A stretch of DNA of 64,000 nucleotides, taken from NCBI GenBank assembly GCA_001772865.1, contig MEVD01000014.1:2214-66213 (forward strand). The letters are read 5' to 3'. The DNA is from a candidate division WWE3 bacterium RIFCSPHIGHO2_02_FULL_38_14. GTDB lineage: Bacteria > Patescibacteriota > WWE3 > UBA101185 > UBA10185. Positions 37,535 through 47,219 of the stretch are shown here, piece by piece. Each line of letters starts with the position of its first letter. The stretch's first letter is position 1. The notes beneath the pieces are model-generated. The model saw only the letters and a list, made by a program, of their open reading frames with translations. It did no database searches and was not told the origin of the DNA. Position numbers and translations under genes: made by a program.

Positions 37535-38213
37535 AATAGCGTCCGCCTTTCTTATCTGACATAATTTTTCCTTCTTCAATTCTAACAACTCTCTTTTTCA
37601 GCTTATTAACAATGTTCTGATCATGAGAGGCCATAAGAATTGTCGTTCCTAGAGAATTAATTCTTTCCAAAATTTCCACTACTTCTTCCGTAGATTTAGG
37701 GTCAATCATTCCTGTGGGTTCATCCGCAACTAGTACATCCGGTTCATGAGCCAAAGCCCGGGCAATAGAAAGCCTTTGTTTTTCGCCGCCGGATAGCTGC
37801 TTGGGAAAATTAAACATTTTTTCCACCAGACCTACCATTGAAAGCACATTCGGAACAACATTTTTTATCACTTCTTCGGATGAGTCAACTACTTCAAGGG
37901 CGACCGCAACATTCTCAAATACGTTTTTTGAGTTTAACAACTTGAAGTCCTGAAATACAACTCCTATCTTTCTTCGTAAATCAGGAAGTTTCGATGACGG
38001 AAGTTCAGCTATAGGAACTTCATTAAATAATACTTCCCCTTCGGACGGAGTTTCCTCACGAATTAACATTTTAATAAATGTTGACTTGCCGGCACCTGAA
38101 GGACCCACCAGAAAAATAAATTCTCCGTCGTCTATAGACAAAGTTACATCGTCCAGAGCTTTAAACCCGGGTTCATATTCTTTTGTAACATTTCTAAATT
38201 CAATTTGAGACAT
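37503..38213 (-). CDS. ftsE: Cell division ATP-binding protein FtsE
   Basis: GPSGAGKST, RRKIGVVFQDFKLL, LSGGEKQR, ADEPTG. Confidence 0.95.
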   Translation of the reverse strand: MSQIEFRNVTKEYEPGFKALDDVTLSIDDGEFIFLVGPSGAGKSTFIKMLIREETPSEGEVLFNEVPIAELPSSKLPDLRRKIGVVFQDFKLLNSKNVFENVAVALEVVDSSEEVIKNVVPNVLSMVGLVEKMFNFPKQLSGGEKQRLSIARALAHEPDVLVADEPTGMIDPKSTEEVVEILERINSLGTTILMASHDQNIVNKLKKRVVRIEEGKIMSDKKGGRYYGQIMAKLLG

Positions 38214-38637
38214 TTACAATTACAACCTTGCTTACAATTAATATATTATTGCCCTCATCACTTGATTTAGTTAAAGATCCGTAAACTTTAGCTTTATGAC
38301 CCTCCGTTACCGCAAGCTTTTGATCATCGGATTTTAAAAGAATAACATCATTTCCTTCTTCATCCTTTAAAACAAAAGATATATTGTCTTTAGGGTACGT
38401 TCTGGGATTAACATAAGTAATGATTCCCTCATAAAACTTTTCAGCCGAGTTACCTATATTATTATTTAAACTTGTTGCATCATTTGTTTCAGGAATATTT
38501 AATGACATACTCATAAAATTTCCAAGAAGGAGGCCGATAGGAACAAAAATTATAAATATTAAAATTCCCAATTTTATCAGATTTGGCGCAGTTAATTTTT
38601 CAGTTTTATCATTAATTTGGGTGAGCAGGTTTGACAT
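38200..38637 (-). CDS. Hypothetical single-TM protein (possible small OB-like domain)
   Basis: TM segment near the N-terminus; overlaps the ftsE start. Confidence 0.65.
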   Translation of the reverse strand: MSNLLTQINDKTEKLTAPNLIKLGILIFIIFVPIGLLLGNFMSMSLNIPETNDATSLNNNIGNSAEKFYEGIITYVNPRTYPKDNISFVLKDEEGNDVILLKSDDQKLAVTEGHKAKVYGSLTKSSDEGNNILIVSKVVIVNVSN

Positions 38638-38679
38638 AAGCAGATTAATTATACAGTTTCTTCCAAATCAAAGCGAGGA

Positions 38680-39147
38680 ATGTTTAAATTCAATTTCATT
38701 TATATACCAACGAATTATAACAGGGTTTTTGAATGTGATCTCATTTTAATTAAGCACAATTCCTGCGACTCTAAAACAACTCACACACTCTATTTCTACT
38801 GTAAAAAAGAGAATTATCTAATAACAATAGAAAGTACTTCAATATTAATAGAAACTCTGATAGAAAATAATGACAAAACCGAATACGGTTTGTATTTATC
38901 AATTAGTTTTTTAATTAAATATTTTAAGGCAAAAATAAGTAAAATAATTATTCTAAACTGCAGTTGCTGTCAAATATATATTGAACATAAGTTTAAACAA
39001 TTCCAAATTCACATAGCTTTAGAAGATGCACTAATATTGGCAAAACTTGATAATTGTAAAATGTATATGACTGAAAATATAATTTCGGATTTCGGAATTA
39101 AAATTACTAAAGAATTGTTGGAAAAAGCTTTAAATTCCAGCGATTAG
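38680..39147 (+). CDS. Divergent DUF151/bifunctional nuclease-like protein
   Basis: C-terminal LEDALILAK..NCKMYMTENII resembles the DUF151 SDAIALA...PI.V.E.V region. Confidence 0.4.
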   Translation: MFKFNFIYIPTNYNRVFECDLILIKHNSCDSKTTHTLYFYCKKENYLITIESTSILIETLIENNDKTEYGLYLSISFLIKYFKAKISKIIILNCSCCQIYIEHKFKQFQIHIALEDALILAKLDNCKMYMTENIISDFGIKITKELLEKALNSSD

Positions 39148-40223
39148 TCTAAGTAGGTATTTACTTTTTGCAAATGCTCTTCGTAAGTTACCGAATAATG
39201 AGTAACTCCGTCTTTGTCTGTAAGATAATAATTATATTGGGATTTTTCATGATTGAGAGCCGATTCCAATGCATTTAAGCCAAAACTGGAAATGGGAGCG
39301 GGCGGCAGCCCCGGGTTTTTTCTTGTATTGTACGGACTGTCAAAATCCAGATCATCTTTTTCCAGTATTTTGGGCCACCAATCCATTTCCAAAGAAAGAT
39401 TATATGAAGGACACACAACAGAATCAGGCACATTTACACAACCGACTTTACCTTTAGCTACCGCATATTGTGTGGTTGCGTCGGCTCCAACAAGTTCACC
39501 GGATTTTAGCCTTTTCACTAAAATCCCCGCAACTCTTGGCCTATCCTCCTTTTTACTAACTTCTCTTTCAATTATAGAAGCCAGTACAAAAGCTTCATTT
39601 TCCGTTAACTGTGCGTTTTCCAAAGCTTTAGGTGTCAATATTTTTTTTGTTTTCTCATCAAAAGTTTTTCTGAGCAAATCTATCAACTCGGACTCATTGA
39701 TTTGTGTATTTACCCAATAAGTATCCGGAAAAAGCTTTCCTTCCAAGTTAGCAGCCAGACTTACAAAATCTTCATAATCTATATTATCCAAATTTACCGC
39801 TGCATAGCCCGCTATTTCCTCAATTCTCCAACCTTCCAGAAATGTAAGCTTGATATCATCTTTCCCGTGCTCCAGCATTTCAACCAGACTGACCAAATTT
39901 GTTCCCGAGAGAATATTATACTTTCCGGCTTGAATATTTTTATCTTTATTGTTTAAAAAAACATAAACATTAAATAAGAATTCTGAGTTTATTGCACCCA
40001 GGCTACTTAACTTCCCTGAAACTTCCAGCACGCCATCGCCTTCTTTAATTTCAACTGTTACATCTTTTCCGATTTGATTAGGCCGGTTTACTGCGAAAGT
40101 GTAATATCCATAAATTAAAAGAGGAAATACAACCAAAACAATCGGAAGGCTTATTAGTAATAACTTTTGTCTAAGTCCGGCAGTTAAAATGTGATATTTA
40201 TTCGGATCCAGTTGTTCGGACAT
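39144..40223 (-). CDS. mltG: Endolytic transglycosylase MltG
   Basis: IQAG.Y, FLEGWR, EGKLFPDTY, LASIIERE, SPYNTRKNPGLPPAPI. Confidence 0.95.
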   Translation of the reverse strand: MSEQLDPNKYHILTAGLRQKLLLISLPIVLVVFPLLIYGYYTFAVNRPNQIGKDVTVEIKEGDGVLEVSGKLSSLGAINSEFLFNVYVFLNNKDKNIQAGKYNILSGTNLVSLVEMLEHGKDDIKLTFLEGWRIEEIAGYAAVNLDNIDYEDFVSLAANLEGKLFPDTYWVNTQINESELIDLLRKTFDEKTKKILTPKALENAQLTENEAFVLASIIEREVSKKEDRPRVAGILVKRLKSGELVGADATTQYAVAKGKVGCVNVPDSVVCPSYNLSLEMDWWPKILEKDDLDFDSPYNTRKNPGLPPAPISSFGLNALESALNHEKSQYNYYLTDKDGVTHYSVTYEEHLQKVNTYLD

Positions 40224-40271
40224 ACAGCTATATTAGCATAAAGTCAATTTTCAAGGTAAAATATGCGTTAC

Positions 40272-40608
40272 AGGAAGCAGAACGGTCGCTTTTGCCGCTT
40301 GCGGCAGGGGAGGAAAGTCCAGACTGCATAGAGCACGGGACGGAAGGCAACTTCCGACGGGTAACCGCTGGTGGCTCTAAACCGAAAGGTTTAGGGTACC
40401 TGGTGCGAATTGACGCACCCGGAGAGCAACAGAGACGATATTTGACCTAAACCTTAGGCATGGTCAAATTGTGAAACGGGCAATCCCACCCGCAGCAATC
40501 CACGATTTCACCGCAGAGCTTGCTCGGCGAGGTGTAAAGATGGAGCATAGATAGATGACCGTTAGTCCGCCATTGGCGGAGGAACAGAATCTGGCTTACT
40601 CGCTTCCT
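40272..40608 (+). ncRNA. rnpB: RNase P RNA
   Basis: GAGGAAAGTCC, GCAACAGAGAC, GTGAAAC, AGATAGATGA and AACAGAATCTGGCTTA conserved regions; P1 AGGAAGC/GCTTCCT; P2 AACGGTC/GACCGTT. Confidence 0.95.
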
Positions 40609-40621
40609 ATTTAAAGGGTTT

Positions 40622-41614
40622 TTACTCCGCAGAATATCTTAAAATTCTTTTCACAATTATTACAAGAATAATGGTAGTGGGAATTGCTAGAACCGCACCT
40701 ACTATCCCAAAAAAATTACTTCCGATAAGAAGTGCCAAAAGAATAACCAGCGGACTAAATCCAGAAACGCGCCCCATCACTTTAGGCACTATAATATTAT
40801 TTTCCAGCTGCTGGATGATAATATACAAACCTACAACCATAAGTCCTTTAACCGGAGATACCGAAAATCCGATTATTGCAGCCACTATAGCTGACAACAA
40901 AGGACCTATCATGGGAACAGCCTCCAAAATTCCGGATACCAAACCAAGCGCCAAAGGGTATGGAACTTGTAAAATGGTCAATCCGACAACGCTCGCTGAT
41001 CCTACGAGAAACATTAAAAACGCCTGGCCTTTTAGCCAGTGGCCGACACTTATTTCTATCTCGGTAATCGTATCCTGCACTAAATCCTTAAATTTCCTGG
41101 GAATGACCGATAATAACCGCTTTTTTAAATTTGGCCAGTCCAAAGACATATAAATAGATATAACCAGCAAGGTGAAAAAAGTTGCAACGTTGGTAAATAT
41201 TGAAATTGTTACATTTAAAAATCCGCTTGATACACTGGTAGCCTGAGGCAATAGGGAAGTAAGTGATAGATCGGCGCTTTCACTCAACTTAAACTTTTCT
41301 AGTATAAAAGCCAAATTTGTAAGCAGAGTTTGAGCCTGAGTAATAACCGGAGGAACTACTAAGGTTAAAACTACAAAAATCAGTAAAATAACCATAGCAT
41401 AAACCATTATTACCGCAAGACTTCTTGGTAAAGGTCTATTAAATAATGTCTGTTTCATTAAAGTTTGAACTGAATTTTCAAGTGAGATCATTAAAATCGC
41501 TGCTATACAAATAATGGCCAAAATAGGACCCATTCTATAAATTATATATACAACCAGAAAAAGCAGCAGGGTAAATAAGACAGTTTTAATTGATATGACT
41601 ATTTCTTTATCCAC
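40622..41614 (-). CDS. AI-2E family (PerM/UPF0118) transporter
   Basis: WLKGQ, VPMIGP, QQLENNIIVPKVMG, SPLVILLALLIG...GIVGA.LAIP. Confidence 0.92.
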   Translation of the reverse strand: MDKEIVISIKTVLFTLLLFLVVYIIYRMGPILAIICIAAILMISLENSVQTLMKQTLFNRPLPRSLAVIMVYAMVILLIFVVLTLVVPPVITQAQTLLTNLAFILEKFKLSESADLSLTSLLPQATSVSSGFLNVTISIFTNVATFFTLLVISIYMSLDWPNLKKRLLSVIPRKFKDLVQDTITEIEISVGHWLKGQAFLMFLVGSASVVGLTILQVPYPLALGLVSGILEAVPMIGPLLSAIVAAIIGFSVSPVKGLMVVGLYIIIQQLENNIIVPKVMGRVSGFSPLVILLALLIGSNFFGIVGAVLAIPTTIILVIIVKRILRYSAE

Positions 41615-42536
41615 AATTTAATTCTACAAAATCTTCTACCTTTTGCCTATAATTACTTGACTCAATATCAAACCATTCAATTTTACTGTTTCTTTTAAAC
41701 CATGTCTGCTGCCGCCTGATATAAGCGTGTAAATCAAATTTAGCCCGTTGTTTTGCTTCTCCCTCTTTTACCAGACCTTCTAAAAACACTTTTGCGCTTT
41801 TATACACCAGACCATTTAACCTAAGCGAATTATAAAAACCCATTTGTTTAAGTTTATTAATCTCCAATAGCAATTCTTCCCAAATATTATCTATCCAGTT
41901 ATCTGCAGTTGAATACAAATTTTCCCGGGAGGTGGTTAAGCCGATATATTTATATTTAAACTCATTTCCTACTGATTTTTTACCGGTAATAACGCCGGTT
42001 TTACGGGCTGATTCGATTTCAATTGCGCGAACCAGACGGTTTTTATTTTTCCGGTCTATCAATTGGAATTTTTCTTTATTCAATCTTTTCAATTCCCGGC
42101 AAAGTTCCTCCAGCGTTAGATTTTCCAGCTGTTTTCTTAAATCTGGATCCAATCCTACGTGTGCAGTAACAGCTCTGTTTGTGACCAGATCAATATAAAA
42201 ACCCGTACCCCCTGCAATAAATATATTACCTACTTTAAACATATTCAAAATCTCTCGTGCATATATTAAAAAATCATACCCGGAATAATATTTATCCGGG
42301 TCTATAAGGTCATAACCCCGGATATTAATTCCGTCCACTTTCCAACAACCATCATTTTTTTCCACTGATAAACCGCTTTCTAATGGAACTTTCCCAGTAC
42401 CTATATCCATATATTTCACGATTTGCCTGGAATCAGCAGAGAGAATGCTTCCATTAAATTTTCTGCACAGCTGAAGCGCTAAAGAGGTTTTCCCCGTGCA
42501 TGTTGGCCCTAATATAATAAAAACGGGTTTTTTCAT
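41607..42536 (-). CDS. miaA: tRNA dimethylallyltransferase
   Basis: GPTCTGKT, SADSRQ, MDIGTGK, GGTGFY, Y.RRQ.TWF. Confidence 0.95.
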   Translation of the reverse strand: MKKPVFIILGPTCTGKTSLALQLCRKFNGSILSADSRQIVKYMDIGTGKVPLESGLSVEKNDGCWKVDGINIRGYDLIDPDKYYSGYDFLIYAREILNMFKVGNIFIAGGTGFYIDLVTNRAVTAHVGLDPDLRKQLENLTLEELCRELKRLNKEKFQLIDRKNKNRLVRAIEIESARKTGVITGKKSVGNEFKYKYIGLTTSRENLYSTADNWIDNIWEELLLEINKLKQMGFYNSLRLNGLVYKSAKVFLEGLVKEGEAKQRAKFDLHAYIRRQQTWFKRNSKIEWFDIESSNYRQKVEDFVELNCG

Positions 42537-42572
42537 GAGCGAATTATACATGCAAAAATATTAGGTATTAAA

Positions 42573-43787
42573 TTAAATTCCGTTTTTGTATTTTTTCCAA
42601 ACTGAAGTTAAATATGCATGGCGCCATTTTTTCTCCTTAAGCGGAACATCGTCTTTAAAAAACCTCTCGGCCGGAGTTCCTTTTCTGGGAGAATACATTG
42701 AAATATAGGCAACATTAAAGTTTATCTTTTCAAATAGCCTAACGGTATCTAAAAACTGCTCCCTGGTTTCCCCGGGAAAACCTACAATTATATCGGTGCC
42801 AAGCTCAATATTCGGTTTTGCTCCTTTGATTCTATCAATTAAATTTATAAAATCTTCAACTGTATGCCTTCTGTTCATGTTTTTTAAAACTGTATTATTT
42901 CCTGACTGAACCGCGATATGCAAATACCTTGATATTTTAGGAAGCTTTAAAGTTTCTACTAAATCATTAGTAAAATCAAAAGGATTGGATGAAATAAATC
43001 CGATTTTTTCTATTTCATTAATATTGTGTATTTTTTTAAGCAAGCTTGTAAAAGGTATTTTTTGGTCGCTTCCGGTTCTGATTTCCATTTTTTTGGTCAT
43101 ACTTAAACCCCAGGAGTTAACATTTTGTCCGCAAAGAGTTATCTCTTTTATTCCACGACCGGCAAAATGACGGATTTCTTTTAAAATATCATTTTCTGAA
43201 CGCGATACTTCTTTCCCACGGGAATAAGGAACTACACAGAAAGTACAAAAGTTATCACAACCGTAAGAAATATTTACAAAAGCATGAGTAGGATTGTCCT
43301 GCTTTGATAAGACTTTGGCAGAGTCAAATTTCTGCACAGCCCAGTCACTTAGCAGCGAATTTTTAAGCAGAATCTCCGGTATATTCATAATTTGAGAGGG
43401 GTTAATATAAACATCAACCCATGGGGTTTTCTTTTTCAGCACTTCAAAAGCATATCTTTGTCTTTCTCCGGTTACCGAACCTACCATACATCCGGCCATA
43501 ACTATAAAAGGCTTTTTGCGGGCATCCTTTTCTGCAAGTTTTAGCATTTTCCCCAAACCGTAAACTTTGTCTTCACTTTTTTGCCTAACAGAACAAGTAT
43601 TCATTATTAACACATCGGTGCTGATCGCTGTATTATAAAATGTTTCATCGTCATTTGAACCGATAATTTTTTCGGCTTCTTCTAATCCCAAAGCTTCCAA
43701 AACACCCGAAATGGTATTCGAATCGGCTATATTGGCCTGGCATCCGAACGTTTTAATAGAATATGTTTTTATTTTAGAATCGTTCAC
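42573..43787 (-). CDS. miaB: tRNA methylthiotransferase MiaB (no C-terminal TRAM domain)
   Basis: TFGCQAN, NTCSVR, GCM, GCDNFCTFCVVP, GQNVN, DIIVGFPGET, YSPR.GT; adjacent to miaA. Confidence 0.88.
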   Translation of the reverse strand: MNDSKIKTYSIKTFGCQANIADSNTISGVLEALGLEEAEKIIGSNDDETFYNTAISTDVLIMNTCSVRQKSEDKVYGLGKMLKLAEKDARKKPFIVMAGCMVGSVTGERQRYAFEVLKKKTPWVDVYINPSQIMNIPEILLKNSLLSDWAVQKFDSAKVLSKQDNPTHAFVNISYGCDNFCTFCVVPYSRGKEVSRSENDILKEIRHFAGRGIKEITLCGQNVNSWGLSMTKKMEIRTGSDQKIPFTSLLKKIHNINEIEKIGFISSNPFDFTNDLVETLKLPKISRYLHIAVQSGNNTVLKNMNRRHTVEDFINLIDRIKGAKPNIELGTDIIVGFPGETREQFLDTVRLFEKINFNVAYISMYSPRKGTPAERFFKDDVPLKEKKWRHAYLTSVWKKYKNGI

Positions 43788-43847
43788 AATGTGATTATAC
43801 CAAGTTAATTTAAAGTAAAATCGGAAGTTAATTGTATCTAATTACAT

Positions 43848-44180
43848 CTAAATAAGCCGCCAGCCGTTTTCGGCATGATCTCTTGGTATTAAAAAAACAG
43901 GTTTCCCATTATCAGGAGTGTCAAATGCCAAAATCATGCCATGAGATTCCTCACCCATCATTTTTCGAGGTTTTATATTGGTTAAGAAAATTGTCTGCAC
44001 TCCTGTCAAATCCTTCGGTTTATACCATCTTGCCATACCTGTAAAAATATTTCTGATCTCACCACTGCCAAAATCAACTCTCAGCTTTAATAATTTGTCG
44101 GAATCTTTAACATTTTCGCACAATATTATTGTCCCGGCTCTTATTTCAAGTTTTTGCAAGTCCTCAGATTCAACATTCAT
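43848..44180 (-). CDS. Stand-alone tRNA-binding OB-fold protein (Trbp111/MetG C-terminal/CsaA-like)
   Basis: LEIRAGTI, SDKLLKLRVDFG, TNIKPRKMMG.ES.GMIL. Confidence 0.9.
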   Translation of the reverse strand: MNVESEDLQKLEIRAGTIILCENVKDSDKLLKLRVDFGSGEIRNIFTGMARWYKPKDLTGVQTIFLTNIKPRKMMGEESHGMILAFDTPDNGKPVFLIPRDHAENGWRLI

Positions 44181-44226
44181 AAAGGTCATTATATCACTGA
44201 ATATCACTGGTAGGTTTTTTGAATAT

Positions 44227-44772
44227 CTATTCTCGTCTTAGCTCTTTATATAGATCTCTCAGTTCTCTCATGTCTTCTTTAACTGTATTTTTGTAGTAGT
44301 TCCTTATTTCCACAACATCCGTTTTATACTTTTTTAACTCTTCAACAGCTAGCATTAGTTTTTCTCTGAACTGTCCCTGCGATTCTCCGCAAGTGTAAGA
44401 TTTGGTTTCCATTAACAAAGAAATAAAGGAAGAGTAATCCTCCCACGCTTTAGTTAATAAGTCACTTAAAACTATTAAATCCGATTGCAATTTATTAATA
44501 ACTAAGCCTTTTTCACTCATCCAATCAATAAGATCTTCTACTTTTCTAACTAATGCTTCATAAATATTCTTATGATATTCCTTATTTTGTTCAAATAATT
44601 GGATCCGGGCGTCTATTCTGTTGTTAAGTATTTCGCACCCGTTATCACGAATATCCTCACTCTTTTGCAATCTGTTATCAGCATGAGACAAAGCCAGAAC
44701 ATCGGTTTTCCCAATAATTAAAGGTAAAAGTGAAGAAAGAAAAACTAATGAAAGTTTTTTTGTTTTTTGCAT
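44227..44772 (-). CDS. Hypothetical secreted helical protein
   Basis: Signal peptide followed by coiled-coil-like sequence. Confidence 0.65.
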   Translation of the reverse strand: MQKTKKLSLVFLSSLLPLIIGKTDVLALSHADNRLQKSEDIRDNGCEILNNRIDARIQLFEQNKEYHKNIYEALVRKVEDLIDWMSEKGLVINKLQSDLIVLSDLLTKAWEDYSSFISLLMETKSYTCGESQGQFREKLMLAVEELKKYKTDVVEIRNYYKNTVKEDMRELRDLYKELRRE

Positions 44773-44852
44773 AATGAATACCTCCCAATATAAAAGATAC
44801 CAAAGTTTACAAATATGGACAAACTATACCAGAAATTGATATAAATAACTTA

Positions 44853-45149
44853 TTGCGTGCCTTAAATAAAAAATATATTTTATTGACATTTGCCTTTTTT
44901 GCTGTAGTCCTTATGTCACTGACTGCAGTTTTAGTTATAACTAAAAAGAATAACCCTGATACTCCACCTCCTCCGCCATATGTTAAAAAAGAATCAAAGC
45001 AGAGAATAATCTATAATCCCGAAAGCGATTTGGCTACCATTAAGGAAGATTGCCGCGAAAGAGGGGGGATATTTAACTCCTGCGGCTCTTACTGTGAAGG
45101 AGATGAGATTTGTATCCAGATCTGCGCGTATACTTGCGAATTTAAATGA
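44853..45149 (+). CDS. Small membrane-anchored Cys-rich protein
   Basis: TM segment, poly-Pro stretch, C-terminal CRERGG..CGSYC...C..IC...C (six Cys). Confidence 0.65.
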   Translation: MRALNKKYILLTFAFFAVVLMSLTAVLVITKKNNPDTPPPPPYVKKESKQRIIYNPESDLATIKEDCRERGGIFNSCGSYCEGDEICIQICAYTCEFK

Positions 45150-45171
45150 TGTAAGCTAACATACCTCTGCT

Positions 45172-45324
45172 ATGCCTAAAAGAGTTTGGCAACCTAAAAA
45201 ACTTAAAAGAGTAAAAAAGCACGGATTTTTGAAAAGAATGTCCACAAAAAGCGGTAAAAACGTTTTAAAAAGGCGAAAAGCCAAGGGAAGAAAAGTGCTT
45301 GCAAGAATATATAAAGGCAAATGA
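45172..45324 (+). CDS. rpmH: 50S ribosomal protein L34 (below the ORF-track length cut-off)
   Basis: [43 protein letters not shown]. Confidence 0.95.
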   Translation: MPKRVWQPKKLKRVKKHGFLKRMSTKSGKNVLKRRKAKGRKVLARIYKGK

Positions 45325-45698
45325 TGCTGAAAAAGCAACATAGACTCTCCACCGATTACGAATTTAATATAACCAGAAAATACGGTAAAAATTTAGTTTC
45401 AAAATTTTTTTACTTATATGTATTAAAACCTAAAAATTATGAAGGTCCACCCAAAATAGGTATAATAGTTTCGAATAAATTCGATAAGTCTGCAGCTAAA
45501 AGAAACAGAATTAAGCGGGTTTACCGGGAAATTATCAGAAATAATCTGGATAAGATTCCCTCCAATTTATGGATAATAGTATACCCAAAAACTATCAGCA
45601 GGGAAGCTGAATATGAAGAAATTAATACTGAATTTACTGACATTCTACAAAAAGAATTTATCTCCGGGCAGGTTCGGAATAAAGATATGCAGGTATGA
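45321..45698 (+). CDS. rnpA: RNase P protein component
   Basis: GIIVSNK...AAKRNRIKR (RNR motif); synteny with rpmH. Confidence 0.93.
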   Translation: MMLKKQHRLSTDYEFNITRKYGKNLVSKFFYLYVLKPKNYEGPPKIGIIVSNKFDKSAAKRNRIKRVYREIIRNNLDKIPSNLWIIVYPKTISREAEYEEINTEFTDILQKEFISGQVRNKDMQV

Positions 45699-45828
45699 AC
45701 CAAGCTGTTCCAGGTATACTTTCGAAGCAATAAATAAGTACGGAGTATTTAAAGGGGGATTAATGGGTTTATGGAGAGTTTTAAGGTGCAATCCTTTCAG
45801 CAAAGGCGGATATGATCCAGTCAAATGA
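45613..45828 (+). CDS. yidD: Membrane protein insertion efficiency factor
   Basis: [17 protein letters not shown]....RVLRCNPF..GGYDPV. Confidence 0.95.
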   Translation: MKKLILNLLTFYKKNLSPGRFGIKICRYEPSCSRYTFEAINKYGVFKGGLMGLWRVLRCNPFSKGGYDPVK

Positions 45829-45860
45829 TAAGCATTTACACCGCATGATAAAATAGAGCA

Positions 45861-46652
45861 ATGCCTGAGCTTTGGAACAATTTACTTGTCAATCCGTTGT
45901 TTAATATGATTTTCGTTTTTTACAGATTTACCGGAAGTCTTGGAGTTTCAATAATCTTTCTGACTTTGTTAATCAGAGCTGTATTAGTTCCCGTAATGCT
46001 GCCGTCTCTTAAAACATTAAAAAAGCAGCAGGACCTTCAGCCTGAAATAGAAAAAATAAAATCAAAATTCAAGCACGACAAAAAGAAGCAGGCGGAAATG
46101 CAGATGGAGCTGTTTAAAAAACACGGTATAAATCCGGCATCGGGTTGCTCTACTCAAATAATTATGATTCTGGTCTTAATAGCCCTCTACGGAGTAATCA
46201 GAACAATTACAATGGGAACAAGCATAGAAGAGCTTAACGCCCATGTATACATCAACTCTTTAAAACTGACTGAAGGAGAAAGCATAAACACTAACTTTCT
46301 ATATTTGGACCTGGCTAAACCCGATCCGTTATTTATTCTTGCGATTTTAGCCGGATTATTTCAGCTTATTTCATCTAAAATGACCATGCCTTATGTTGAA
46401 CAGGGAGAAAAAGCCGCTAAAAAAACTCCCGGTAAATCTGATGACCTTGCTTATAATATGCAGCAGCAAATGTTATACACAATGCCTATTATGAACGTCC
46501 TTATAGGCTTGACACTGCCTTCAGGAGTGGTATTGTACATGGTTGTTACTACTATTTTCTCTATTGCCCAAAGTTATTTTGTATCCGGTTGGGGAGGATT
46601 AAAACCCTGGATCCATAAAGCGCAAAAAGTGCTAAAGCCAAGAACCGTATAA
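45861..46652 (+). CDS. yidC: YidC/Oxa1 insertase (short, monoderm type)
   Basis: G.SII.LT.LIR..L.P, LQPEI.KIK, GINP.SGC, LPSG..LY. Confidence 0.93.
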   Translation: MPELWNNLLVNPLFNMIFVFYRFTGSLGVSIIFLTLLIRAVLVPVMLPSLKTLKKQQDLQPEIEKIKSKFKHDKKKQAEMQMELFKKHGINPASGCSTQIIMILVLIALYGVIRTITMGTSIEELNAHVYINSLKLTEGESINTNFLYLDLAKPDPLFILAILAGLFQLISSKMTMPYVEQGEKAAKKTPGKSDDLAYNMQQQMLYTMPIMNVLIGLTLPSGVVLYMVVTTIFSIAQSYFVSGWGGLKPWIHKAQKVLKPRTV

Positions 46653-46668
46653 TGCGGACTGTCATAGA

Positions 46669-47124
46669 ATGACCGACAAAGAAGAAATAATTAAAAATAA
46701 ATTAAATGCAATTTGTAAATATATTGGAGTTGCCCCCGAAATATCAATTAAGCCGGAGGATAATAATTTATATATGGTGGATATTTCCGGAAATGATCTT
46801 AGTTTTATTATCGGGTATAGAGGAGAATCACTGGACGCCCTTCAAAATTTGGTTAATCAAATGATCTTTAAACAGTTAAATGAGTGGGTTCAAGTTGTAA
46901 TAGATATAAACGGATATAAAAATCAAAAACAAGGTAAAATTGAACAAATTGCTAAAAGGTTTATTGACAAGGTAAGATTTTTAGGACACGAAGTAGACCT
47001 TCCTCCAATGGAAGCGTATGAAAGAAGATTTGTTCACATGCTTCTTTCACAATACGATGACGTTGAGTCCGAAAGCAGGGGAGAGGGACGCAACAGACGA
47101 GTAGTTATCAAGCCAAAGAAATAA
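46669..47124 (+). CDS. jag: Jag/EloR KH-R3H RNA-binding protein
   Basis: IIGYRGESLDALQ, PM.AYERR.VH, SES.GEG..RRVVI. Confidence 0.92.
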   Translation: MTDKEEIIKNKLNAICKYIGVAPEISIKPEDNNLYMVDISGNDLSFIIGYRGESLDALQNLVNQMIFKQLNEWVQVVIDINGYKNQKQGKIEQIAKRFIDKVRFLGHEVDLPPMEAYERRFVHMLLSQYDDVESESRGEGRNRRVVIKPKK

Positions 47125-47219
47125 TACTTTTGGATATATTAACAAGAAGTTTGAAAATATATTTGTGAGATCGCCCTGCGAATACAGCTACGATCGAAGA
47201 AATATATTTTCCAAGAACT

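Noticed and set aside
41607-41615. Perfect DnaA box TTATCCACA
   Set aside because: Single copy formed by the GTG GAT AAA start of the AI-2E gene; no cluster or unwinding element, so not called oriC.
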